Source of the DNA: Cetorhinus maximus
Taxonomy: Eukaryota
Assembly: GCF_964194155.1 (NCBI RefSeq)
Contig: NC_135879.1
Location: 130,572,001-130,636,000, forward strand
Length of the DNA stretch: 64,000 nucleotides
Direction: 5' to 3'
A program made the translations under genes and the position numbers. Within the stretch, counting starts at the first letter, position 1. Every line of letters begins with the position of its first letter. This document shows, piece by piece, positions 38,570-51,008 of this stretch. Under the pieces are notes generated by a model. That model worked only from the letters and a program-made list of their open reading frames with translations, did no database searches and was not told the DNA's origin.

Positions 38570-40245
38570 AATGAATGTATGCGTGGCAACAGTTATACAT
38601 TCCTTTCTGGCACAAAAACACAACATGGCTAACAAAAGAAATTAAGTATAGTATTAGATCCAAACAGGAGTCATATAAAGTTGCTAGAAAAAGTAGCAAG
38701 CCTGAGGATTGGGAGTAGTTTAGAATTCAGCAAAGGAGGACCTAGAGATTGATTAAGAAGGGGAAAATAGAGTATGAGAGTAATCTTGCAAGGAACATAA
38801 AAGCGGACTGTAAAAGCTTCTAGAAGTATGTAAAAAGAAAAAGATTGGTGAAGACAAATGTAGGTCCCTTACAGTCTGAAATGGGAGAATTTATAAGGGA
38901 ACAAGAAAGTGGCAGAGCTATTAAACAGCTACTTTAGTTCAGTCTTCATGGAGGAAGACACAAATAACTTCCCAGAAATACTAAGGAACCAAGGGTCAAG
39001 TGAGAAGGGGGGAATTGAAGGAAACAATAGTGCTGGAGAAATTAATGGGACTGAAAGCCAATAAATCCCCAGGGCCTGATAATCTACATCCCAGTGTACT
39101 AAAGGAGGTGGCAATTGAAATAGAAGAAGTTGATTGTCATCTTCCAAAATACTGTAGATTCTGGAACAGTCCCGGCAGATTGGAGGACGGCAAATGTAAC
39201 CCCACTATTTAAAAAAGGAGGGAGGGAGAAAGCAGTGAATTACAGACTGGTTAGCCTAACATCAGTAGTAGGGAAAATGCTAGAGCTTATCATAAAGAAT
39301 GCGATAACAGGACACTTATCAACGGGATTAGACAAAGATGGATTGGTGGGAATGTGAGCAATGAGGAGGGTGTTAAGAGGCTTCAAGGTGATTTAGACAG
39401 GTTGAGTGAGTGGAAAAATACATGGCAGATGCAGTATAATGTGAGTAAATGTGAAGTTATCCACTTCAGTAGGAAAAACAGAATGGCAGAGTTTTATTTA
39501 AATGATGATAGGTTGGGAAATGTTGATGTACAAAGGGACCTAGGTGCCCTTGTATACTAATCACTGAAAGTAAGTATGCAGGTGCAGCAAGCAGTTAAGA
39601 AGGCAAATGGTATTTTGGCCTTCATTGCGAGAGGATTTGAGTACGGGACGAAGGATGTGTTACTGCAGCTGTACAGGGCCTTGGTGAGACCACACCTGGA
39701 GTATTGCGTGCAGTTTTGGTTTCATTACCTAAGAAAGGATATACTTGCCATAGAGGAAGTGCAGCAAAAGTTCACCAGACTGATTCCTGGGATGGCAGGA
39801 TTGTCGTAGGAGGAGAGATTGGGTCGATTAAGCCTGTGTTCATTGAAGTTTAGAGGAATGAGAGGAGATCTCATTGATACATATAAAATTCTGACAGGGA
39901 TGGACAGACTGGATACAGGGATGATATTTCCTCTGGCTGGGGGTCTGGAACAAGAGTCTGGACTGAGGGTAAACCATTTCGGACTGAGATGAGGAGAAAC
40001 TTCTTCACTCAGAGGGTGGTGAATCTATGGAATTTTCTACCACAGAAGGCTGTGAAGGCCAAGTCACTGTATGTATTTAAGAAGGAAATAGATAGATTTC
40101 TGGACTCTAAAGGCACCAAGTGGTATGGGGAGAGTGCAGGGGTACAGCGTTGAGGTAGAGGATCAGCCATGATCATGTTGAATGGCAGAGCAGGCTCGAA
40201 GGGCTGAAAGCTTACTCCTGCTCCTATTTTCTAAGTTTCTATGTT
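38570..40245 (+). mobile_element. CR1 LINE with internal deletion
   Basis: KSPGPDNLHP, DWRTANVTPLFKKG and LYRALVRPHLEY ORFs; CR1 3' tail. Confidence 0.9.
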
Positions 40246-40445
40246 AAGTGGTACTGCTAGAAGTCCAACTGAGCATTATTGAGCAGGCTGTTGATAAATA
40301 AGTGTTGCTTGATAGGGGGAAGTAATAGTGTAGTGGTATTGTTGCTGGACTAATAATTCAGCAACCCAGGGTAATGCTCTGAGGACAAAAACAAAAATAC
40401 CTGGAAAAACTCAGCAGGTCTGACAGCATCTGTGGAAAGGGACAC

Positions 40446-40484
40446 AGTTGACGTTTCAAGTCTGGATGACCCTTCATCAGAACT
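40446..40484 (-). ncRNA. Minimal type I hammerhead ribozyme (intact core)
   Basis: Revcomp AGTT-CTGATGA-AGGGTCATCCAGACTT-GAAAC-GTC-AACT: stem I AGTT/AACT, core CUGAUGA and GAAA, GUC triplet, palindromic ACGT stem III. Confidence 0.85.
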
Positions 40485-42456
40485 AAGACATATAGAAATG
40501 AGATGAAATATAAGTTGGAGGAAGGGGTGGGACAGGAGAACTCGATAGAGGGCCAGTGATAAGTGGAGGCCAAGTAGAGACTGCCAAAGATGTCATAGAC
40601 AAAAGGACAAAGGAGTGTTGATGGTGGTGGTATTGTCTAAAAGATGTGCTAATGGGGACATTTGGGGTAGCAAACAGGACAAGCTAGTGACAGATGGCCC
40701 TAGTGCAGTTAGGGTAGGGGGAAGGGATCGAAATGGGCTAAAAGGTGGAGATGAAACATTAGATCAAAATAAATTTAAAAATAGGAGGGAGAAGAATATA
40801 GTGTGTTAATAAAAATAATAAATTAATAATAAAAAAACCTATAAATTATTGGGAAAAGGGGGATCGGAAAGGGGGTGGGGATGGAGGAGAGAGTTCATGA
40901 TCTGAAATTGTTGAACTCGATATTAAGTCCGGAAGGCTTCAAAGTGCTTAGTTGGAAGATGAGGTGCTGTTCCTCCAGTTTCCATTGAGCTTCACTGGAA
41001 CATTGCAGCAGGCCAAGGATGGACATGTGGGCATGAGAGCAGGGCGGTGTGTTGAAATGGAAAGCGACAGGGAGGTCTGGGTCATGCTTGCGGACAGACC
41101 GAAGGTTTTCCGCAAAGCGGTCACCCAGTCTGCGTTTGGTCTCCCCAATGTAGAAGAGACCGCATTGGGAGCAACGAATGCAGTAGACTAAATTGAGGGA
41201 AGTGCAAGTGAAGTGCTGCTTCACTTGAAAGGAGTGTTTGGGCCCTTGGTCAGTGAGGAGGGAGAAGTAAAGGGGCAGGTGTTGCACCTTCTGCAGTTGT
41301 ATGGAAAGGTGCCGTGGGAGGGGGTTGAGGTGTAGGGGGTGACGGAGGAGTGGACCAGGGTGTCCCGGAGGGAACGATCCCTGCGGAAAGCCGCCAGGGG
41401 GCGGTGAAGGGAAGATGTGTTTGGTAGTGGCATTATGTTGGAGTTGGTGGAGGATGATCCTTTGAACGCGGAGGCTGGTGGGGTGATAAGTCAGGAAAAG
41501 GGGTACCCTATCATGGTTCTGGGAGGGAGAGGAAGGTGTGATGCTGAAGTCTTCTTCCGCCACCTTCCTCTCCGTGCTCACTTCTTTGGGCAGTAGTCCT
41601 CTCCCCGTTCAACGGATCCTTTTACCCGCCTCCAATATTCTCCCTCCACCTGGACCCCTTCCTCTGGATTTTTACCTGCTCTTGATCTTTTCATTGAGAA
41701 CTGTTGGCGTGACATCAGTCGTCTCAATTTCTCTGCTCCTCTCACCCACTCTAACCTGTCTCTCTCTGATAAAAACAAAAAACTATTGCGGATGCTGGAA
41801 ATCCAAAACAAAAACAGAATTACCTGGAAAAACTCAGCAGGTCTGGCAGCATCGGCGGAGAAGAAAAGAGTTGACATTTCGAGTCCACATGACCCTTCAA
41901 CAGAACTGAGTGTAGTTAGGAGAGGGGTGAAATATAAGCTGGTTTAAGGTGGGGGGGGCGGGGGGAGAGAAGTGAGGGTGGGGTGGTTGTAGGGACAAGC
42001 AAGCAGTGATAGGAGCAGATAATCAAAAGATGTCACAGACAAAAGGCATCCACCCTCACCCTTCTCCTCCCTCCCAGAAACATGATAGAGTCCCCCTTGT
42101 CCTCAGTTATCACCCCACCAGCCTCCGCATTCAAAGGATCATCCTCCGCCATTTCCGCCAACTCCAGCATGATGCCACCACCAAACACATCTTCCCTTCA
42201 CCCCCCCCGGCGGCATTCCGTAGGGATCGTTCCCTCCGGGACACCCTGGTCCACTCCTTCATCACCCCCTACTCCTCAACCCCCACCTATGGCACCTCCC
42301 CATGCCCACGTAGAAGATGTAACACCTGCCCCTTCACTTCCTCTCTCCTCACCGTCCAAGGGCCCAAACACTCCTTTCAAGTGAAGCAGCATTTCACTTG
42401 CATTTCCCCTAACTTAGTCTACTGCATTCGTTGCTCCCAATGCGGTCTCCTCTACA

Positions 42457-42783
42457 AAATAAAAACAGAATTACCTGGAAAAACTCAGCAAGTCTGGCAG
42501 CATCGGCGGAGAAGAAATCAGTCAACGTTTCGAGCCCTCATGGCCCTTCAGCAGAACTGAAGCATAGTTTCAACAAGGGAGAAATATAAATTGGTTTAAG
42601 GTGGGTGGGGGGGAAGAGACACATTGAGGGTGTGGTGTGAGCAGATAATCAAAAGATGTCAGAGACAAAAGGGTCAAAGAGGTGTTGAAGGTGGTGGTCT
42701 TTGTCTGAGAAAAGTGCTAATTAAGAATGCAAGACAGGATATTCAAAGTACAGCTCTAGTGGGGGTGGGGTGGAAAGACTAAA
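42457..42783 (-). mobile_element. Penelope pLTR fragment E3 nested in the E2 endonuclease region
   Basis: 13-bp TSD ggtctcctctaca (42444-42456 and 42784-42796). Confidence 0.88.
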
Positions 42784-43423
42784 GGTCTCCTCTACATTTG
42801 AGAGACCAAACGCAAACTGGGCGACCGCTTTGCAGAACACCTGCGGTCTGTCCGCAAGAAAGACCCAAACCTCCCTGTCGCTTGCCATTTTAACACTCCA
42901 CCCTGCTCTCTTGCCCACATGTCTGTCCTTGGCTTGCTGCATTGTTCCAGTGAAGCCCAACACAAACTGGAGGAACAGCACCTCATCTTCCAACTAGGCA
43001 CTTTACAGCCTTCCGGGCTGAATATTGAATTCAACAACTTTAGATCTTAAACTCCCTCCCCACCATCCCCACCCCGTTTCTTCCCCCTTCCTTTTGTTTT
43101 TTTCCAATAATTTATATAGATTTTTCTTTTCCCACCTATTTCCATTATTTTTAAATCTACAACTAATACCTTGTCAGTCTTTCCACCCCACCCCCACTAG
43201 AGCTGTACCTTGAGTGTCCTGCCATCCATTCTTAATTAGCACTTTTCTTAGATAATATCACCACCTTCAACACCTCTTTGATTCCTTTGTCTGTGACATC
43301 TTTTGATTATCTGCTCCTATCACTGCTTGCTTGTCCCTACAACCACCCCACCCTCAACTTCTCTCCCCCCTCCCCCCCCCACCTTAAACCAGCTTATATT
43401 TCACCCCTCTCCTAACTACACTC

Positions 43424-43462
43424 AGTTCTGTTGAAGGGTCATGTGGACTCGAAACATCAACT
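43424..43462 (+). ncRNA. Variant hammerhead motif in the E2 pLTR
   Basis: AGTT-CTGTTGA-AGGGTCATGTGGACTC-GAAAC-ATC-AACT; inverted copy at 41869-41907 and a CTGCTGA variant at ~42520-42558. Confidence 0.65.
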
Positions 43463-45772
43463 CTTTTCTTCTCCACCGATGCTGCCAGACCTGCTGAGTT
43501 TTTCCAGGTAATTCTGTCTCTCTCTGAACTTGCCGCACTCCTTTCTCTCAGGTCCAACCCTGACTTTGTCATCAAACCTGCTGACAAGGGTGGTGCTGTT
43601 GTTGTCTGGCGCACTGACCTCCACCTCGCAGAGGCTGAGCGTCAACTTGCAGACACTTCCTCCTACCTCCCCCTGGACCATGACCCCACCACTGAACATC
43701 AAGCCATTGTTTCCAGGACTGTCATTGACCTCATCTCCTCTGGAGATCTTCCCTCCACAGCTTCCAACCTGATAGTCTCCCAACCTCGGACGGCCCACTT
43801 CTACCTCCTACCCAAAATCCACAAACAGAACTGTCCCGGCAGACCGATCATGTCAGCCTGTTCCTGCCCCATGGAATTAATTTCTTGTTATCTTGACTCC
43901 ATTCTCTCCCCCCTTGTCCAGTCTCTCCCTACCTACATCCACGATTCCTCTCACGCCCTACATCATATCAACAATTTCCAGTTCCCTGGCCCCAGCTGCC
44001 TCCTCTTCACCATGGACGTCCAATCCCTCTACACCTCCATCCCTCACCGGGATGGTCTGAAGGCTCTCCGCTTCTTCCTCGAACAGAGGCCTGAACAACC
44101 CCCATCCACTACTCTCCTCCGTCTGGCTGAACTTGTTCTCACATTGAACAATTTCTCCTTAAACTCCTCTCACTTCCTCCAAATAAAAGGTGTGGCTATG
44201 GGTACCCGCATGGGCCCCAGTTATGACTGTCTCTTTATGGGGTATGTGGAACATTCCTTGTTCCAGTCCTACTCTGGCCCCCTCCCACAACTCTTTCTCC
44301 GGTACATCGATGACTGCTTTGGTGCCGCTTCATGCTCTTGTCTGGATCTGCAAAAATTTATTAACTTTGCTTCCAATTTCCACCCCTCCATCATTTTCAC
44401 GTGGTCCATCACTGACACTTCCCTTTCCTTCCTTGACCTCTCAGTCTCAATTTCTGGTGATAGACTGTCCACCAATATTCATTATAAGCCTACCGACTCC
44501 CACAGCTACCTTGACTACAGCTCCTCACACCCCACTTCCTGTAAGGACTCGATCCCATTCTTTCAGTTCCTTCGCCTCCGTCGTATCTGTTCTGGTGATG
44601 CCACTTTCCAAAACAGTTCCTCTGACATGTCTTCCTTCTTCCTTAACTGAGGTTTTCCACCCATCGTGGTTGACAGGGCCCTCAACCGTGTCCGGCCCAT
44701 CTCCCGCGCATCTGCCCTCACACCTTCCTCTCCCTCCCAGAACCATGATAGGGTCCCCCTTGTCCTCACTTATCACCCCACCAGCCTCCGCGTTCAAAGG
44801 ATCATCCTCCGCCATTTCCGCCAACTCTAGCATGATGCCACTACCAAACACATCTTCCCTTCAACCTCCTGGTGGCTTTCCGCAGGGATCATTCCCTCCG
44901 GGACACCCTGTTCCACTCCTCCATCATCCCCTACACCTCAACCCCCTCCCACGGCACCTTCCCATGCAACCGCAGAAGGTGCAACACCTGCCCCTTTACT
45001 TGCCCCTTCCTCACCGTCCACTCCTTTCAAGTGAAGCAGCACTTCACTTGCACTTCCCTCAATTTAATCTACTGCATTCGCTGCTCCCAATGCAGTATCC
45101 TCTACATTGGAGAGACCAAACGCAGACTTGGTGACTGCTTTGCGGAACACCTTCGGTCTGTCCGCAAGCATGACCCAGACCTCCCTGCCGCTTTCCATTT
45201 CAACACACCACCCTGCTCTCATGCCCACATGTCCGACCTTGGCCTGCTGCAATGTTCCAGTGAAGCTCAACGCAAACTGGAGGAACAGCACCTCATCTTC
45301 CGACTAGGCACTTTGCAGCCTTCTGGACTTAATACTGAGTTCAACAATTTCAGATCATGAACTCTCTCCTCCATCCCCACCCCCTTTCCGATCCCCCTTT
45401 TCCCAATAATTTATAGGTTTTTTTATTATTAATTTATTATTTTTATTAACACACTAAATTTTTTCTTTTCCCTCCTATTTTTAAATTTATTTCGATCTAG
45501 TGTTTCATCTCCACCTTTTAGCCCATTTCGATCCCTTCCCCCCACCCTACTCGCACTAGGGCCATCTGTCACTAGCTTGTCCTGTTTGCTACCCCAAATG
45601 TCCCCATTAGCACATCTTTTAGATAATACCACCATCAACACTCCTTTGTCCTTTTGTCTATGACATCTTTGGCAGTCTCTACTTGGCCTCCACCTATCGC
45701 TGGCCCTCTTATCGAGCTCTCCTGTCCCACCCCTTCCTCCAACTTATATTTCATCTCATTTCTATATGTCTT

Positions 45773-45811
45773 AGTTCTGATGAAGGGTCATCCAGACATG
45801 AAACGCCAACT
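45773..45811 (+). ncRNA. Minimal hammerhead ribozyme (cleavage triplet GUC>GCC)
   Basis: AGTT-CTGATGA-AGGGTCATCCAGACAT-GAAAC-GCC-AACT. Confidence 0.75.
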
Positions 45812-46224
45812 GTGTCCCTCTCCGCAGATGCTGTAAGACCTACTGAGTTTTTCCAGGTATTTTTGTTTTTGTTCTAGATTTCCAGCATCCGCAGTATTTT
45901 GCTTTTAATGCTCTGAGGACCCGGATTTGAATCCTGCCACGGTGGATAGTGGAATTTGAATTCAATAAAAATCTGGAATTAAAAGTCTAATGATGACTAT
46001 GAAGCCATTGCTGATTGTTCTAAAAACCCCTCTGGTTCTCTAATGTCCTTTAGGGAAGGAAATCTGCTGTCCTTACCTGTTTTGGCCTACATGTGACTCC
46101 AGACCCACAGCACTGTGGTTGACTCTTAAATACCCTCTGAATAAGGGCAATTAGGGATGGGGAATAAATGTTGGCCTAGCCAGGAACGCCCACATCCCAT
46201 GAATGAATAATAAAAAAAAAGTTA

Positions 46225-47015
46225 GTTGCTCTTTCCATCATATTACTGATGATTTGGAGTAGCCTGATGAAGCAGCAATTGCCCAGATTGGATTCATCCT
46301 GCTTTTGATTTGCAGGACATACTTGGGCAATTGTTCAAAATGTTGAGTAGATGTCATTGTAGCTGTATAGGAGCAGTTTGTCTCAAGGTGCAGCTAGTCC
46401 TGGAGCAATGGTTTACATTGCTCCAGCCACGATATCACCAGGGCATATAGCCTTTGCTGTGCCCAGTGCATTTAGCCAGTTTTTGCTGTCATGTCGAGTG
46501 AATCAAATTGACTGAAGACTGACATCTCTGATGGTGGAATATTAGTAGCAGGCCATGAAGGATCATCCACTCAGCTCTTCTGGTTGAAGAAAGCTGCAAA
46601 CACTTCAGTTTCGCCTTCCACACTCAGATGCTGGGCTCCGCCTTTGTTCACGCTAAGAACCACCTCCTCCCGTACGTTGCTTAATTGCTCATCACTATTT
46701 GGGATGTGACCTGGCAGGATAGCAGAACTTTGACCTGGCTCATTCATTGTGCTATTGCATAACATGCTGCTTCCACTAATTCAATGTAATCCTGTGTTGT
46801 AGCTTGACCACATTGGCACTTTATTTTCATGTACACCTAGTACTGCTCCTGGCATGCTCTCCCACAGTCCTCATCAAACCAGCACTGATCATCTGGTTTA
46901 ATGGCAATGGAGGGTTATGCCAAGCCATGAGGTTACAGATTGTGGCAGTGTACAACTTTGCTGCTGTAGCTGATTATCCACCTTGCCTCGTGGATGTCCA
47001 GTTTTGAGTTGCTGA
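46225..47015 (-). mobile_element. Older RTE/RTEX-like LINE fragment
   Basis: Colinear with 1-980 (e.g. cctgcttttg...caggacatac.tgggcaatt; ttacagattgtgg..g.gtacaa). Confidence 0.75.
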
Positions 47016-47020
47016 TCTAA

Positions 47021-48860
47021 AACATAAGAACTAGGAGCAGGAGTAGACCATTTAGCCCTTCAAGCCTTTTCCGTCATTCAACAAGATCGTGGTGATCATC
47101 AACCTCAACTACACTTTCTCACACTATCTCCATATCCCTTAGTACCCAAAAATCTATTGACCTATCTTGGATATGCTCAACAACTGAACATCCACAGCTC
47201 GCTGGGTCCAGGATTTCAAAGATTCACAACCCATTGTGTGAAAAAAATTCTCCTAATCTGTCCTAAACGGCTGGCCCCATATTCTGAAACTCTGACCCTG
47301 TATTCTAAATTCACCAGCCAGGGAAACATTTTCTCAGCATCTATCTTGTCAAGCTGTTTAAGAATTTTATGTTTCATTTAGATCACCCCTAATTCTTCTA
47401 AACTCCTGGGAATATATACCTAGTATATTCAATCATTCCTCACAGGACAATCCCCTCATCCCTGGAACCATCTTATGAACCTTTCATTATACTCCTTCAA
47501 GGGCAAGAACGTCCTTCCTTCAGGAGTTGGTATGGAAAGGTTACGGTCAGTGCTTTCACAATTTCCTCCCTTACTTCTCTCAGTATCCTCAAAAGCATCC
47601 CACCTGACCCTGACGGTTTATCAAAGTACAGTCTTTCAGATACCTCCTCTATCAATTTTAAACCCACCCAGTATCTCAATTGCATCCTCTTTCACTATGA
47701 CTTTGGAAGCATCATCTTCCTTGAAAAAGACATGAAATACTCATTTAGTATCTCAGTCATGCCCTCCACCTCGACATGTAAACCTTTTCAGTCCCTACCC
47801 CTCCTCTTACTATCCTTTTACCATTTGTACGCCTGGACAGGACTTTTGGACCTCCTTTTGTTAGCTGCCAGTCTCATACACTCTGCCTCAGATTTCCTTT
47901 TTCACTTTCCCTTTCTCTATTCAATCTGGTCCTCACTAGCATCAGCCTGACATCTATCATATGCATCCTTTATCTTCTGCATCTTGTTCTCCACCATCCA
48001 GAGGTCCAGCTGTGCTTGCCATACCTTTCTCCTTTGTGGAAATTGATTGTGCCCAAACCATCACCTCTTTAAAAGCAGCCCATTGTTCCATTACAAGTTT
48101 TGTCTGCCAGTTTTTGATTCCAATTAACCTGAGCCAGATCTGTTCTCACCACACTGAAATCAGTTTTACTCTGGATTGCTCCTGATCCCTTTCTATAGGT
48201 AACCTAGGCCTACTGTTCTCTTAATGTTTCCCTATTGACATCTGATGCACTTCTCCCACCTCATTCCCAGAACCAGCAATGCCTCCTTTCTCATTGAGTC
48301 AGAAACCTACTGATCAATAAAATTATTCTGGACACACTTCAAAAACTTTTCCCCCCTCTTTCTGCACTTCATTAATTATCCTAATATAGCCTGGAGTTGT
48401 AGAGACCCCCCCATTATCAGTATAGATTTTGTAACTAATTTCCCAGCAAATTTCAACTACTTGTTAGTGGCCTATAGAATACACCCAGTAGTGTAAAAGT
48501 ATTCTTGTTTCTTAATGCTAAAGAATTAAGATTTTTCCTTGACCTCTTTAGGACATCCTCTCTCCAGCACTGTAATATTCTTCTTAATGGTGCATCATAT
48601 CTCCTTTCTTTCCTTCCCATCTTTCCTGAATACTATGCATCTAGAAATATTAAGTACCTGCCTTGTCCCTTTTTGAGGCAGGTCTCCTTTATTCACCATG
48701 ACATCATACTCCAGTGTGGTTATCTGTGCTTGCAACTGGCCAACTTCATTAACCAGTTTGTGCATTTAAATATCTGCATTGTAAACCTAATTTAGACCTT
48801 ATTGCATTTTATCTCACTGACCCCATTTAAAATCCATTTCTTAGTCTGGTGCTGTCTCTC
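47021..48860 (-). mobile_element. CR1 fragments (3' end plus older internal part)
   Basis: acataagaactaggagcaggagtag tail; degenerate CR1 ORF2 sequence downstream. Confidence 0.7.
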
Positions 48861-49354
48861 CCAATCATTTCCACATCCTACCCTTAGACAGGTCAGGAAG
48901 AATCTTGGTACTTTCTCAGCCATCCTGAACCACTCCTGAGTGTTTTAATCTCCAAACCACACAGGCCTGGTGGGCATGAGAGAGCATATGCAGGAGTGAC
49001 TGCATGAGAGTGCGTGTGTGTATACATGGCTCTCCATCTCAGGATTCTCACTCACTGCCCAACCCCATCCCCCACACAGTGGGTCTGGGTGAAGGATGAT
49101 TAAGCACACTAGGACTGGAAGTGAGTCAGTCTCATCTGTGTCAATTACTTTTATAAAAAATCATCAATTTACTGCTTTATTTTTTTTTGTTGTTCAGCAA
49201 GTTGTTGTTCTTCAGATGTTAACTTCACCTCACTTTTCCAGAGCCACTTCATCCAATTCAGGGTCATGTGTAATTGGAGCCCATCCTGACAGGCAATAGG
49301 TGCAAGGTAGGATACACCCAGGAGGGGACGTCAGTCCATCAAAAGCACACACAC

Positions 49355-49430
49355 ATCAAGGGGCAATTTACTGTAGCCAATCCACCTAACTAGCATGCCT
49401 TTGGAAGGTGGGAGGAAACTGGACACCCAG
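49355..49430 (-). mobile_element. V-SINE core fragment
   Basis: gggcaattta..tagccaatccacctaac..gcatg.ctttgga...tgggaggaaac.gga.cacc resembles the V-domain as recalled. Confidence 0.6.
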
Positions 49431-50865
49431 CTACATTGGTCCAATTTTGTTGATGTGGAACCACCCTGGCTCATTTAGGTCTTACCACCCCAGAACCACT
49501 CCCAAAATCCAAGCAATCTGAAGTCCTCCCATTCAGCTGTTCTATCCTACTTCTATACTCAAGTGTAATCCAAAGATTACTACCTTTGGAGGCCTGCTTA
49601 CTAGTCTCCTTCCTAGCTCCCCAAATTTTGCCTGCAGGATCTCAACCTTCTATTTGTCATTGGTACAGATATGGGCCATAACCTCTGGCTGTTCACCTTC
49701 CCACTTCAATGGGCTTTACAACTGCTCAGTGAGATCCTTGCAACAAGGATAGCAACATAGCATCCTGTATTCCTATCAGCAGTTGCAGAATCACCTATCA
49801 CTATTGCCTTCCCAATCTTCCTCCTGTACAGCTGAGCCACCTGTGCTGTTGTGGAATTGGTTCTGGCTGCACTCCACAATTGAATATCTATTCAGAATGC
49901 AATACCAGTTATAGAGCAAGGTGCACTCAGGAACTCCTGCATTGTCCTCCTTGACTGGCTTGTAGTCACCTAATCTCTCTCCATGTATATGCCATGAAAC
50001 ATGTTATCCAATATCTCAGGGCACTACATTATGCCTGGGAGGCTATCTGCTACTCAAGCATTGAAACCCAGAACCCAAGCTTACTACTGCTGACTAAACT
50101 TCCTATACATTTGGCAGTCACGGACATGAGAAATCTTGAGTTCCCACATGAAACAGGATGTACACCCCATGGGACTGAGGTGCCTGGTCATGCATCTATT
50201 CATTTGACAGAACAGAATGAAATATTAAGCTACCCATCAATCAATAGTCTTTTGTGCTGACATCAGTTTCAGGTACTTTCACCTCACTCCGCTGCTTATT
50301 CTAATCTGCTGCTCCCTCCTCATCTCTGGGCTCACCAAACAACCAATCATCTAACCTCTGGCCTGAGATAAATCCTTGACTTTTTCCACTGATTTGTCCT
50401 CAGTTCTCTCCTTTTATATGCACTGTGCTCTTGGAGATCCATTTTTCACATCTACCACATGTACAGCTTGCAGTCCAACAGATATGAGTGTAGCAAGGTG
50501 TCTTGTGTGAATCTGAATTGAAGGGCATTGAAGGTAGAAGGGAAACAATGATACTGCAAGCAATGGGCCAAAGGAGGGAATAAATCTGAAAGTGTATTTG
50601 TGAGGAAGCTGGGTGAGACAGTTTCTTCTGCTTCCATCACTATCCTTCCTAATTGCAAAGAGTAGAGATGTTTGGTAGGCAGGGAGATCAAGAAGGGTTA
50701 GAGGTAGCCTTGGTCAGATACCTTTAGCTTCAACACAATCATTCAATTTATTAGCAGCAGTAAAGTTCTAGTCAAGTAAATGGAATGTTGTTCAAACATT
50801 TAAAATCAGAAAAGCAGCTAGAGACCAAGAAAATAAGGTGACAATACCATCTTCAGTCCATACAA

Positions 50866-50871
50866 TTTATT
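50866..50871 (-). promoter_or_regulatory. RPL9: RPL9 distal polyadenylation signal AATAAA
   Basis: tttatt on the plus strand, 27 nt past the exon 7b stop. Confidence 0.8.
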
Positions 50872-50898
50872 CATTGGTTTCTACCAAAGAGCCGGTGG

Positions 50899-51008
50899 TT
50901 AATCAGTGAACTGTGGAACAACAGTGGTCTTTTCGCTCACGTAGATGCCATCCAGGAATTTACGAATATCCTTCTTTTTCACTGTTGTTGCTTGTTGAAT
51001 GAGAGCAG
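50899..51008 (-). CDS. RPL9: RPL9 last coding exon, distal variant 7b
   Basis: Acceptor tctttag|CT; (A)[35 protein letters not shown]; gives 193 aa. Confidence 0.88.

Larger units (their letters stand above)
41770..43513 (+). mobile_element. Penelope-like element E2 nested in the E1 ORF
   Basis: 14-bp TSD ctgtctctctctga (41756-41769 and 43514-43527); inverted pLTR 41770-42044; EN fragments at 42045-42456 and 42797-43050; pLTR to 43513. Confidence 0.9.
40387..45905 (+). mobile_element. Penelope-like element E1 (RT + GIY-YIG) with ~1.15 kb inverted 5' duplication
   Basis: RT ORF 43850-44650 (MDVQSLYTSI, GVAMGTRMGP, RYIDD); GIY-YIG ORF 44872-45360 (IYCIRCSQC..YIGETKRRLGDCFAEH); 40387-41541 is the reverse complement of ~44718-45871; 15-bp TSD at 40372-40386 and 45906-45920. 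Confidence 0.93.
40316..46220 (+). mobile_element. tRNA-derived SINE split by the PLE composite (head 40316-40386, body and tail 45921-46220)
   Basis: Joining across TSD taatgctctgaggac restores A-box tagtgtagtgg, B-box ggatttgaatcc, the body and the LINE-shared tail gaatgaataataaaaaaa. Confidence 0.88.

Noticed and set aside
44190-45134. 314-aa ORF as a separate gene
   Set aside because: It is an alternative frame of the C-rich, stop-poor PLE RT/EN region.
50899-51008. Exon 7b as a processed-pseudogene fragment or assembly duplicate
   Set aside because: Similarity starts exactly at the splice acceptor, no exon 6 sequence is attached, and differences from 7a are almost all synonymous.
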